Position numbers and translations under genes: made by a program
Assembly: GCA_964106915.2 (NCBI GenBank)
Contig: OZ066914.1
Direction: 5' to 3' (one strand)
Source: Podarcis gaigeae
Lineage: Eukaryota
DNA: 64,000 bases
Shown here: in pieces, positions 52,055-63,031 of the stretch
How the letters are laid out: every line of letters starts with the position of its first letter
Numbering within the stretch: position 1 is the stretch's first letter
Notes under the pieces: generated by a model
Databases searched by the model: none
Seen by the model: only the letters and a program-made list of their open reading frames with translations
Told to the model about the DNA's origin: nothing

Positions 52055-52322
52055 CACTATACATTTAAAGCAGTATCATAACACTTCCCGGGAAGTGTTA
52101 TTTATTAAGGGTGCTAAGAGTTGTTACCTCTATTCCCCTCACAAAGCAACAGTTCCCAGAGTGGCTTAACGATTGAGCCTCTTCCAGGCCAACTCTGGGA
52201 ATCATAGCTCTCTTGAGGGGAGTAAGAGTTTCCAAATACCTCATAGCAACCTTGACAAACTACAGTTCCCAGGATACTCTGAGGGAAGCCATGGCTGTTT
52301 AAAGTGTTTTGAATGTATAATG
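52055..52322. repeat. Palindromic interspersed repeat (family also near 15495-15640, 28605-28760, 38470-38640, 46400-46550, 47050-47210)
   Basis: Recurrent catttaaagca...gggaactgtagttt / aaactacagttcccagg...tttaaa inverted motifs. Confidence 0.65.
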
Positions 52323-54833
52323 CAGATGGACCCTAGTTTCTGCTGGAAATGAACTGGAAAGAAGGTGGCAGACCACTGCTGGGACCCAGTTTTGGGTACC
52401 ACAGGGTGGGGGGAAGGCAGAACCAAGCCAAGAAGAAAAAGGCATAGTAGGATTGAGGGATCAGGGAGGAGTGTACTGAGAGCTGGTGGTAAAACTTGCT
52501 GCTGCTCATTGCCCCAATGGTTAGTGTGGATGCCACTGGCAGAGACATAGGCTGTCTTTATGGAAATGTGGGAGCAGTACATTGGTATACACAGCCATCA
52601 GGCCCCCTCAGTGGGCTATTGCTCTCATCTCTTTCCTTTCTGAGGCTCACGGTTCCTTTCTCCAAAATTCCACAGCAGCTGCCACTGTTTCAGCTCAAGG
52701 TGGGATGGGGGAGGATTGGGAGAACACAGGCAGTTGGTGCTTGGTTGCTAAGCAACAGCTGAATGCTCTTCTTCCCATCTGGAACAGGCCTCCATAGGGT
52801 CTCAAGGCAGTTGCGCTTGCCATGCTCAGGAGAAGGCAGGTACCTATGGAGGGCTCCTGAGGAGAATGAGCCTAGCCTAGTGCAGGGACGGTCTAACTTT
52901 CCCTACCTACTTCAATACGGAACCCGTGGGCCACACGCTGCCTTGTTGCGCCAGGGTGGGGGAGAGCGAGAGAACAAAATTTGACAACCTCATGCCTGGG
53001 CTTTGGGAAGGAGGTGCAATGATTTGGGCAGTCTCCTAAGGCCCTTCCAGCTTCTTCTCAGAGCTGAGAAAGAGCTAACTTTCTGACCCTGTCAGAGCCC
53101 TCGCACCTCCTTCCCAAAGCCCAGAGCCTTTGGGAAGGCAGTCAAGGGCTGGAAGGGTGAGAGGGTGTCAAATGTTGCTGAGGATTGCCAAAAAAACGGC
53201 CTTGTGTTGGACTGCCCTAGTGGCTAGTGGCTCAGAGCATGCCCACACTACAGCCGTGAGCTTGAACTTTCTAATGGTTGCATTTGAGAGCTGAAGAGTA
53301 GTGAAGTGGGTGGCCCACTTAGTCCTTTCTTCTTTGTTTATTCACACACACTGTCCCCACCCAGCTTCCCCACCAATGGGTGGGTGAAATTTTGAGTGTA
53401 CAAATAAATGGAATGGAGAAGAATGAAGAAGCATTCCCTTCCCATTGCTGCTCTTACTAGGGTGCTGTCAGATGACTGGTGCTAATTAGCATTCACCCTC
53501 ATTTATTTACAGGAAGATTAGAGGATGTTGGCTATTTAATGAACATTCATCCTGATTTGTTTGTGGGAGGTTAAATGATGTTGCATCATTTAAGCAAGTG
53601 TTACCCTATACTATCCAGTGTGTTTTCCCATCACTTTCCTTATTGGAAAGAGTCCTGTCTTTGGGGGGGTGTAGAGACCTCCCAACCAACTATAATTGTG
53701 CAACCTAAATTTCCCAGTATGTGACTGAATCCCACCCCAAAATAGACTGGGAGCACTCCTAATCCCAGCATCAAAGGCTGATCTCAATCCCAGCATCATA
53801 AGCATCCACTACAGTATCCCAAAACGAAGTATCTTATCTAGCTTGGCCCCATTCCCTCCTTCCAGGGGTCCCCGGTTCTAAGGAGGCAAGTAAAATTCCC
53901 AGGATTCTCTAATGAAAGTCATGAATAGTGACAGTCCAAAACATTTTGGTGCCTGAGGCAGGAAATCCAAATCTATTGATTAATTAATTTGTTGCTTTTT
54001 AGCATTACTTAATAGCTGCTACCAGAGGTGGCACACCTCACATTGTCCATGCCACTTAAAATGAAAGAAAAACCAATATAAGCTTGTAGCATAGACTAAT
54101 GGTTTAGCTTACTGTTGATTTTAATTAGTTCTGAATGTTTTCTAAGTACCTGTTTAACTGTCTTTTATTTATACTTTTAATGTTTTTTTTTTTGTCAAAC
54201 AGCTTTGTGGTTTTATTACTATAAAGCTGTATGTAAGTTTTGCTAAATAAATAAATAAATAGCCAGGTCCCCAGTTCCAATCTGCCTTTTGCTACACTAA
54301 TCTGGAGGCCCTCAGCAAGCCACTATCTTCTTAACCTCAAGCCCACCTTGGCAACATGGGTATAATATAACTGCCATGCAAGTCTGTTGTAAGGATTTCG
54401 GAAATGCTTTCAACATTCAAAAAGTGTTAAAGATATCCTAAGTAGTATTTATGTTCAGGAACTCATGATACCTTCTTGCTTTCAGCTGAACCTCTCTCCT
54501 CTCCTTGCCCCATTTACCATAGTAGTCCACAGAAACCTGATTGCTTGTGCCTTTTGATGAAAAAAGGGCAAAATTCAGTCAAGGGCTGTCATGAATTCTA
54601 GGGGCAGGAGACAGAATTACAATACAACCAGAAACAAGCAGCCATGGAGCCACAGGCTACTCGTGGGCAGAGGATTGATATAGGTCACAGGATGTTGGGG
54701 GTGGGAGTGGGGAGTCAGAAGCATGCTTACATGAGTGAGTAAACCAAGGAAATCGGCATGCAAGCAGGATATTCTGGGGACAGCCCATGGCAGGCAAGCA
54801 TTAATCTTCATGCTCTGTGGCTTCCAAAGGTAC

Positions 54834-55009
54834 CTTGTACATCAAGCTTGGCCTCACACTGCTTGGTGCCATACTCATTGATGGCCTTGCAGGCATAATA
54901 GCCAGCATCAGTGCACTCCACCATGCGGATATGTAGGCAGAAAGATCCATCGTCCTCCTCCACAGCAGAAATGCGCCGCCCATACTTTATTGGATGCCTG
55001 TTCTTCAAC
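54834..55009 (-). CDS. SPEG: SPEG exon LKNRHP...DAGYYACKAINEYGTKQCEAKLDVQ (APEG-1 Ig domain C-half)
   Basis: Ig C-terminal motif; 176 nt; phase consistent. Confidence 0.95.
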
Positions 55010-55663
55010 CTAGAGGACAGAGGAGAGGGTCTGAGAGCCTGCAGTACTTGCAACTCCATCCAACTTCACAAAATGCTTCTTCTGTCATCTCATCTCACCA
55101 TTTCCTCCAAAGCAGCATGCCTCAGGAAGAGGCTACATACTTATCTGGATGGTCAATTCTGCATTGGCCTTCCCCCAACCTTGTTGCTACTACAAACATA
55201 GCTTTTGGTACAATATAGTCAAGGCAGTTTAAGCCATAAGATCAGAGATCCCATTATTTTTGCCATTACATCCAGGCCTATCAGTCTCAGGTCTGATTCT
55301 TGATACATTCTGGAAGGTCGAAGACCTGCTTTCTTTTTGCCATCCCACTGCTTACGGTACATACAAAACAAACCATTCTCAGGTTGGATAGGTCTTGTGC
55401 CCTTTGGAAATCAAAGACCAGCCTTGTCTGTTTAATATTTTGCCAGTCTACATATCACACTGTTGTTAGTCAGTTGGGGAATACTGAAGGCCAGACAGGA
55501 AAAATAAAATAAACCCAACACTCTTCTTGATGTACACAAGTTCCCTAACTGGTTGCCTGAGAGAGATTCTTATATTGCAAAACTGGGAAAGCTTCACCAC
55601 CCATCTCATCCCAGGACAACATGGCTACTTGTGAAGTTATGCTGTATCATACAACCCACTCAC

Positions 55664-55752
55664 CAGTGCACAATGGGCTTTGGCTCTCCCTGTACCCGAA
55701 TGCGCAGGACCACATCCTGCCCCTCCAGTACTTCCTGGTCACTCAGTGTCAC
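55664..55752 (-). CDS. SPEG: SPEG exon [30 protein letters not shown]
   Basis: Hand translation; cag|GTG acceptor, TG|gtgag donor; 89 nt. Confidence 0.95.
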
Positions 55753-56047
55753 CTGCAAGAGAGGGCATCAGGATCATGCCAACTGCAAAGGGAGATGGGA
55801 AGCAAGTTCTCTTTAAGGCAGGGGGCAGGGGTAAGCAGAGTGCAGGGCAAGCTCTGCTATGTGCAATACCTTCAACAGAGTAACGGCTGGAATTTACTTT
55901 TGCCTCAAAGGTCTGAGCATGTCAAAAGCCCAGGGCTCCCAAGCCCAATCCAAGGGCTTATAACCTGAATCCTCATTCAAGTATGCAAAAGCCATAGGTT
56001 ACTTTCCACTGTCATGCCCTCCTGCGCTAGTCTCACCACCTGCTCAC

Positions 56048-56256
56048 CTCAAAGGATGGGGCAGCCTTGAAGTTGATGCCCACATGCACCGGGGGTGGGC
56101 CAATCTCAGATCGGGGTTGCACTTTCATGACAGGGTGGTGCCGCGGGGTGCCAGATTCAGGGAACTCTTCCAAGGGGCTCAGGTACTCTTCATCTGATGT
56201 GACAGGGCTGCTGAGCTCGTGATGGGGTACCAATCGGCTGTGGGACTCTGCGGGAG
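56048..56256 (-). CDS. SPEG: SPEG exon ...SSPVTSDEEYLSPLEEFPE...MKVQP...KAAPSFE (contains putative APEG-1/SPEG-alpha start ATG at 56128)
   Basis: Conserved SDEEYLSP motif; tag|CT acceptor, GTGAG donor; 209 nt. Confidence 0.94.
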
Positions 56257-58960
56257 CTAGACAGGCAGAAGAGGGTTAGGGCATGGCTTGTGAACAGCAT
56301 ATTGAAGCAGCAAAGCTCTCCAGCTCAAGGGGGAAAGCAGCACCAGGACATAGCTGCCCACCTAGCAGCCAGGGTTCATACACAGGGGTTTTAGTTCACG
56401 GTTTAGCCACAAGCACAGAGTAAATGATATCATCTAGCTTTCTGCATGATAGCCCAGTGTACCTGCAGTGTATTCTAAGGGATGAGGTTTCCATTTGTTT
56501 TTGCTTTTAAAAACATAGCACATGAAGAGGGGCCACATACAGAAAGTAATAACACAAATTGACCATTGGAATACATTGGTTCCTTCAAAATAGTAATAGA
56601 AATGCATTGCAGCAGGAAATGTTTGGTTGCTTATGCTATCTTTAGAGACCCTTACTGGGGCATTATGGCTACCAGCTTCCTAGCAGGCTTGATCCCACTC
56701 TGCTGGTGTGGGATGTAACACATTGTCAACTCTTCCTACGTGATTTTCATCATTCAAACGTTACTAGAGCAGCCCCAGTTGGAAACTTGGGGAAGTGGCA
56801 AGCATATAATGTACAGTGGCCCTGGCCCTGAAACAAAAACACCGGCCCTAAGGGTGTGCAATGGTTAGAGTGTTTTCATTCTTTGCTTTCCCCTGTTCCT
56901 TCTTATGTATGCAAGTTTCCAGTTTCCTGCCCCTACCTAAGCCAACTAACACCCCATTAGTTCTTTCCATCCTTCCTCTTGACTGTTCTACTATGCCCTA
57001 TTTTGCAATTAGGACACTGCACTTAGCCTAGCATGAACATTGTTATCTCAAATAGACCTTTGCTGTTTCTGTGGAATGGAGCCTAGAGGCTGATTTAGAA
57101 CAGAACCACACAATCAGAAACATCACATGGTATACAGCCCTCCTAGGCCCGTATCATTCAAAACGCAGTTGAAGGATCACATGTTTGAATGCTACCCGTT
57201 TAATTAAATTAACTATCTTTATAAGTAGAAAAGTAAGAGAGACTAAGTCAGAACCCTCCTTCTTCCTGACATACTATCCGAAGACATGGGGGTTGCTTTG
57301 TGTTTTTTTAAATGACAAACATGTGAACTTCCCTCCTCCTGCATTCTGAAGAGGCAGGACTGTACCATGTGACATTTCTGAATTATGTTTGTCTTCATAA
57401 CTGAGATGGTAAAATCCTTCTGCAAGGATTTTATCGATTCAGTTTTCTATGGAGAGGCTTGTATCCAAACTCACCCCCATATGACAACTATCAGTTCAAG
57501 AAAGCATGTTAGTTTTCAGATGTTCAGCAGCCATGAAGCTCACTTTGGGCAAGTCATTATCTCTCAAGTCTTAGCTACCCCAAAGGGTCATTGTGAGGAC
57601 AAATTTTTAAAAAAGGGGGGGGGGAGACCATTATACTTTCCTGAAATCCTTGGAGGAGGGGTGAGATTAAAGTGTATTAACAAATAAATAAGCATAGTAA
57701 TGACCTACAATTTGTTGACTAGTTTTCATGCAAGTGTGTATAATGGGGCCGTTTCAGAGAAACAGCTCTTTGTGGAAATCTGTTGTGGCAAAGTCATGAG
57801 GTGAAAAGTTTGGCACCTCAAATATGCATATATGAAACTGCACAAACAACATTTCTGTTAGTGTGTAATTTGCATAGTGCATTGTTTATAATAAATAAAT
57901 GTAAATAATTTGATCATCTGGGTTGTGAAACACTTCTTGCAGTTAGTCTATATCCAATCCTCTTACCCAGAAAGAGGCAGAGTGAAGAAACAGAAACAAC
58001 AAGTCAATTTCCCAGTACTGCTTTAGAAGATATCAAATCCAACACTGCCTGTAACCCTGCCAGGTCCCATGGGAAGCCCACTGCTGATATATATCTATGC
58101 CATCTCCATCTGGTAAAAAGAAAGACTTTAAACAGTCATGAATCAGGCAACTCCAATCATGGGCGCCACTACTCTTTTTTTTGTTGGCAGTATCATTCCT
58201 GGCTTGCTCTCCCTGAAAGGGGCCAAGGTGACATTAGTAGCTGGGACGACTACAACTTGCAGTGTATGCATTGTGAGAAGAGCAGGCCTTGTTGTGGGGC
58301 CAGTTAGTGGAAATAGTCTTGTGGCAATTTCTGTGGCAATGCTGCCCTTCAAGCTGAGTAGGAATGGGTGGGGTGTTTACAAGAAAATCTAAAGAGACAG
58401 AATAGGTTTCTTAGCCCTTTGCAGAAAATAGGAGGAAGAAGCAGAGGTGTGTTTGATCCAGACAAAAGGGTGAGTCTTTCAAAGGCCTCCATCATGCTCT
58501 GCTGCAGGCAGGGAAAGATTATCCTGTGTGGATGGGAATGGCCTGCCTTGTAGTTCCTTGCTTCCCCCTATCCCCAAAGACAAGGTAAAACACCTTAGTA
58601 TAAGAGTCTCTCTCACCTCCAAGTTTCTGGACAACAAGGTAAGAGGCCTAGGGAGAATTTGAGGCTGGATTCCCTTTCTGCAGCCCCATTGCTTTGGGAG
58701 GTTATAGACCAATAAATTCTCAGTCCCCAGAGGGGCACCCAAAGCAGAATCCCATTTCTTCCTACCTATAGGGCAGATGTGGTGAAGTTGGAGGGTCCTC
58801 ATCCCTTCACACCATTCAGTTGTACAAACGAAGGGTTAATGGGAGCAAGCGACACGCTCCCTTCTCCGCTTCACCCATCTCTGTTCCCCTCAAAACGCCC
58901 CTAGGAGTTGAAAAGTTGCGTTCCCTCTCCCTGCCAGTTCCCAATTCCAAACCCACTAAA

Positions 58961-59048
58961 GCTGCAATCCTATGCACACTTACCTGGGTTTAAGTTCCAT
59001 TGAACGCAGCGGGACTTACTTCCGAGTAAACATGCATAGGATTGCAGC
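58961..59048. repeat. 88-bp palindromic MITE-like element
   Basis: Perfect 16-bp TIR GCTGCAATCCTATGCA / TGCATAGGATTGCAGC; degenerate relatives near 7725-7800 and 48085-48155. Confidence 0.8.
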
Positions 59049-59049
59049 G

Positions 59050-59134
59050 CAAGAACGCAGGGAACAAACGGCGCGCCCCTCCCGAGCCTGCAATCGGCGC
59101 GGCAAAGATGATCCTACAGCCATTTCCCGAAGAT

Positions 59135-59188
<54 letters not shown>

Positions 59189-59640
59189 CGATTCTTTTCA
59201 AACGCAGCGTCCGAAACGGAGGAGACAAGTGAGCAAACGGATCCTCAACGGAGACGCCAGACGCCGGGCAGAATTCAGGAGCCTCTTCGGAACCACCTTC
59301 CCTTCGAGCCACAGCCGAGGCCGAGAAAGGCATCGGGGCTCCAGACAGACGCCGACCCCAGCCCCTCCAGGGCTCACATTTCAGATCAACAGACGGGCGA
59401 CCTCATTTGCATCCTTTCGGATAATTCATTTGCACGTGCCCAGGAACGCTTGCAAACTGCAGGCGCCGCTGACACGGGTTTCCCTGCGGAGTTTGTGGTC
59501 CGGAACACGGAGCAGGAATCGGAGTCGGTCCGCCAGCCAGCTCGACCTCCCCCGCCGCCACCTCGTGGGGTTGGTGCTGAGAGCCCAGCAGTCCAGGCCG
59601 TCTCTCCCTTCTTCCCCGCATTCAAGACTGCTGCTGGCTG
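59050..59640 (-). promoter_or_regulatory. Intronic CpG-rich region; candidate internal promoter/first exon for short SPEG isoforms
   Basis: Local CpG enrichment; CACGTG at 59433-59438; octamer ATTTGCAT at 59405-59412; donor-like AAT|GTGAG at 59377; lies in the intron before the exon with the internal ATG. Confidence 0.5.
59137..59186. repeat. (CT)n microsatellite
   Basis: Direct inspection. Confidence 0.95.
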
Positions 59641-59904
59641 TTTGTCAGCCAGGCTGGCCTAAACCAAGCCTTGTAGGGTAAAGGCAGCCTCATCTCTCTT
59701 TCAGCAGTAGCAGCGGCAGCAGCCTGAGGCACCACAAGGTTGACAGAAAAAGACCTAGCCTAGGATGCTAACTAAGCCCCAAGGCATGAAACTACTTCTC
59801 CCCAAACTTGGCCTGGGAAGGAATATGACCCTACAACCCTCCCTTGGCCTTCAGGGATTCGGCTGGTCCTCTCTGGGCTGCCTGCACTGCGTTCATCACA
59901 CACT

Positions 59905-59968
59905 TATAATAATATAATAACAATTTATTATTTGTACCCCGCCCACCTGGCTGGCTTTCCCCAGCCAC
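59905..59968 (-). mobile_element. Short LINE/SINE 3'-end fragment directly behind a SPEG donor
   Basis: agtggctggggaaagccagccaggtgggcggggtacaaataataaatt..(att)n resembles a lacertid retroelement 3' end (recognised from memory). Confidence 0.6.
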
Positions 59969-59972
59969 TTAC

Positions 59973-60155
59973 CTGGCCGCACAGTCAAGATGGCACTGCA
60001 GCAGGCCTCGCCCACTTCATTGGTGGCACAAACTGTGTAGAGGCCGGCATCAGTCGCACGGGCACTCCTGACCAGCAGGGTGTGGCGTTCCCCCTCTGCT
60101 TTGATAGGGCGTGTGGTGCTGCTCCGAAAGGGGACGCCATCCTTTCGCCATGACA
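59973..60155 (-). CDS. SPEG: SPEG exon VSWRKDG...AILTVRP (Ig)
   Basis: Ig motif DAGLYTV; AG/GT boundaries; 183 nt. Confidence 0.95.
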
Positions 60156-61232
60156 CTGTGGGGAAGGGGCAAGTGGGTAGGAGATCAGAGCACATGGGGA
60201 CACTTCTGTACATACAGCACCTCCCCCCATACAGGGCACTTCCCACTTTATCCACTGACTGCTGGAACTGTGTCCTTTTCAGAGAGGAGGGGTGAGGAAC
60301 CTTTTGCAACCTGAGAGCCACATTCCCTTCTAAGCAACCTTCCAGAGGCCACATGGCAGTAGTGGGCAGGGCCACAGCCAAACAAATGCATCTCCCCCAC
60401 TTTGTACAGTAGGCTAGTTTCTACACACATTCATACTCCCCTCTCTGGCCTCCATCCAGATAAGAAGCATGATCAGAATTCAAGGACACATTTCAGCCAG
60501 GCAAAAACACTTGAAGAAGGTATGCAGCAGGGCTGCTAAGGATAGTGGTTATTTCGCCTGGGTTATTTCCCAGCCATAATACAGGACTACAGTTTGACAG
60601 CACCACAGGTGTTACTGCTGGAAAACTGCATCATAGTAAAAGTTATCAACTTTTGAAATAGAACATTCTGCTGCAGGGATAAGGGTTGAATTATTTGCAT
60701 GAAAGCAGAGCTAGGTAAAGGAAGGGAAAGTCTAGCAGGATTGTTGCCTGCCTATCAAAGGATTGCAGCTAAAAATAAAATAGCATTGCCCTTTGTTTTT
60801 CTTGCAACAAAAGCAAAAAACCTGGTTAGTCCACCCTCCCCCCCTTCTAGTCAATTGCAACATTACTTGCCAGTCACATTACTTGGTACTATTGGGCAGC
60901 TGGAATTGCAACCATTTCTCTCCCCCAGCCTTGTGTTTTTCCTCCTAGTGTTGCCACAAGGACAACATGGCTCTGGACCATATTCAAAGCAGAATCCTTA
61001 CCGATGTGAGCTAGGCAACTTACACAAAACCAAATAAAACCAATTATCCCTAGAGATCTGTGGAAATGAAGACACCTGTGTGATCCAAGAGACAAAAGCA
61101 AAGGTAGAGTAGATGGCCCCCATCCATCTCCTGGCCCCTCTCACTCTGACTTGCACTGGGCACCCCACAGGTTTGCCTATGCATGCTCATCCTCACTCAT
61201 CCCACACTCTTCCTGGTACTCCATGCACTTGC

Positions 61233-61376
61233 CTTCTGGGGAAGGGTTGCCTGTGATGATGCATTTGAACAGCACTTCTGTTCCAGCTACGACTGTTACA
61301 TCCTGGATAGGGATCTCAAAGATGGGGCGTTCCAGTGGGTCCTCACCCGCCGAGATGTAGGAATCATCAGAAGATT
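61233..61376 (-). CDS. SPEG: SPEG exon [23 protein letters not shown]...GNPSPE (Ig start); GC donor
   Basis: Acceptor cag|AA; donor AG|GCAAGT; 144 nt, phase 1-1. Confidence 0.92.
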
Positions 61377-62564
61377 CTGTGCAGAGAGAGGGAGAAAGAG
61401 CAGCTGCAAAAGAGGTGGTGTGGAGCAGGGGGGAAGGTCCACAACTTGCATGGATATAAAACTCTGCACTGCCTTCTGGGAAGGAATGTGTTTAAATCTT
61501 AGCTCTCCTTTTCACATGCACTTGTTCTGTTATGCCCCGAGAGAGTGAGAGCCCTTTTATGTGCTGATGATTACAGTTTGCTCAAAATCCTTAATCTCCC
61601 CAAGTCTCTCTCTAGCACAGTGTGGATTCTTGATCTATTGCTACCTAGCTGAGTCCAAAGGATTAGAGGAGCCTCCTGAGTGGCACAGTTCACTCTGCCT
61701 TGACGCAGATAGCCACCTTCACAGGTCTCTAAGAATAACTAAAGAGGATGAGCTTCATTTCACTTGTTTAGAAAGGGGGGAAATTTAGAACCCTCATAAA
61801 ACTACTGTTACAGCTCAATGCATTCAAAGCTGACACTAGTCATAAATGTGTCTAAATTTATGATCACTTATTGAGTCAGAACCTGGGAAGGAAGTTGGAG
61901 GACTTATTTTTCTGTCAGTAATTTGGTAGACCCAGTACAGCAGCCTCTTGGTACACACACTACTTCTGTGCATTCAAGATGTGTGCATTTCTCAGCCTCA
62001 CTTCCAGTCTGTAAAATGGGGATACTAAGGCCAGCCTACTTACCTTACAAGGCAGTAGCAAGAATGCATGAGGAATGTACCTAAATGCTAAGCAAATGAA
62101 CAAAACCAGAACTAGTCCAAAGAGCAGGTATTTCCATTCTTGACTCCGAAGTACTGAAAATCCTGTCACAAAACCTGTGTTAGCCATTAGGAGACTACAG
62201 TTCTCTGTAACGTACACATAACCACAGTGAACTGTGAACCAATTAACTGTTGTACATGTAGCACCATGTCTTGTATCTGCCAGCTACTTGGAGGCCCTGA
62301 TGAAGTTGCCACACTCAGAAACTGGATCTCAAGTTCATACTCCTCTTTCCAACTTCCATTGATCAGAGGCTGTTCCTTTGTTTTATGGAAAGGCACAAAA
62401 AGGACAGAGGGACAAGGATAGTGAGGAGGGGCTTATCCACACTTAGCTTTTGCCCCACTTTTTCCAGGCACAGATCTGAGCTTAAAAGCTCCATGTCCAA
62501 CCATTTGTTTGTATTTGCTCCAGAGCTTTCCCTGCAAAAGCCTGCTCTTCCCCACACCCTATGC

Positions 62565-62687
62565 CAGGTGTGGAGACCCTTTGGTCCTCCAGATGTTTCT
62601 GTACAATTCCCATCTTCCCCATGCTTGCTGGGGCTGATGGGAGTTGTAATTCAGCAACATCTGGAGTCCAAAGGATCCCCACACCTG
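62565..62687. mobile_element. hAT-type MITE with perfect 8-bp TSD (related copies near 7880-7990, 12145-12272, 22270-22350, 30825-30935, 32580-32645, 35985-36118)
   Basis: TIR CAGGTGTGG/CCACACCTG; TSD CCCTATGC at 62557-62564 and 62688-62695. Confidence 0.9.
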
Positions 62688-63031
62688 CCCTATGCTAAGC
62701 TTATGCACCAATGACTCTTCTAGGCAAGGCCTGGCTGAGATTACATCCCAGATGCTGATGACATGGGCAGAAATGTGAGAAGCAGTCAGAACAGATAAGG
62801 GCAAGCCAAGACTGAGCACTTACCAACCCTCTCGAGGAGCTCATACAATCCCAGGCATGCATGATGCTCTGGCCTGAATCCTAAGGGTCTTGCCTACAGT
62901 GGAGGAAAGGACATTACAGGCCTCTCCATTTCTGTGGGAAGTTGGGTGGAGTTCTCCCCACGGCATACAGCACAGCCTAGCTTGCCAGCCTTCTCCCCAA
63001 GGAGACAGCAACACTTGCCCTGATTCCATAC

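Noticed and set aside
59042-59681. 206-aa and 182-aa plus-strand ORFs
   Set aside because: They run through a (CT)n microsatellite and CpG-rich DNA; the peptides are low-complexity with no splice context.
60769-60778. MEF2-like site CTAAAAATAA
   Set aside because: A single AT-rich 10-mer is expected by chance in 64 kb and cannot be supported without conservation data.
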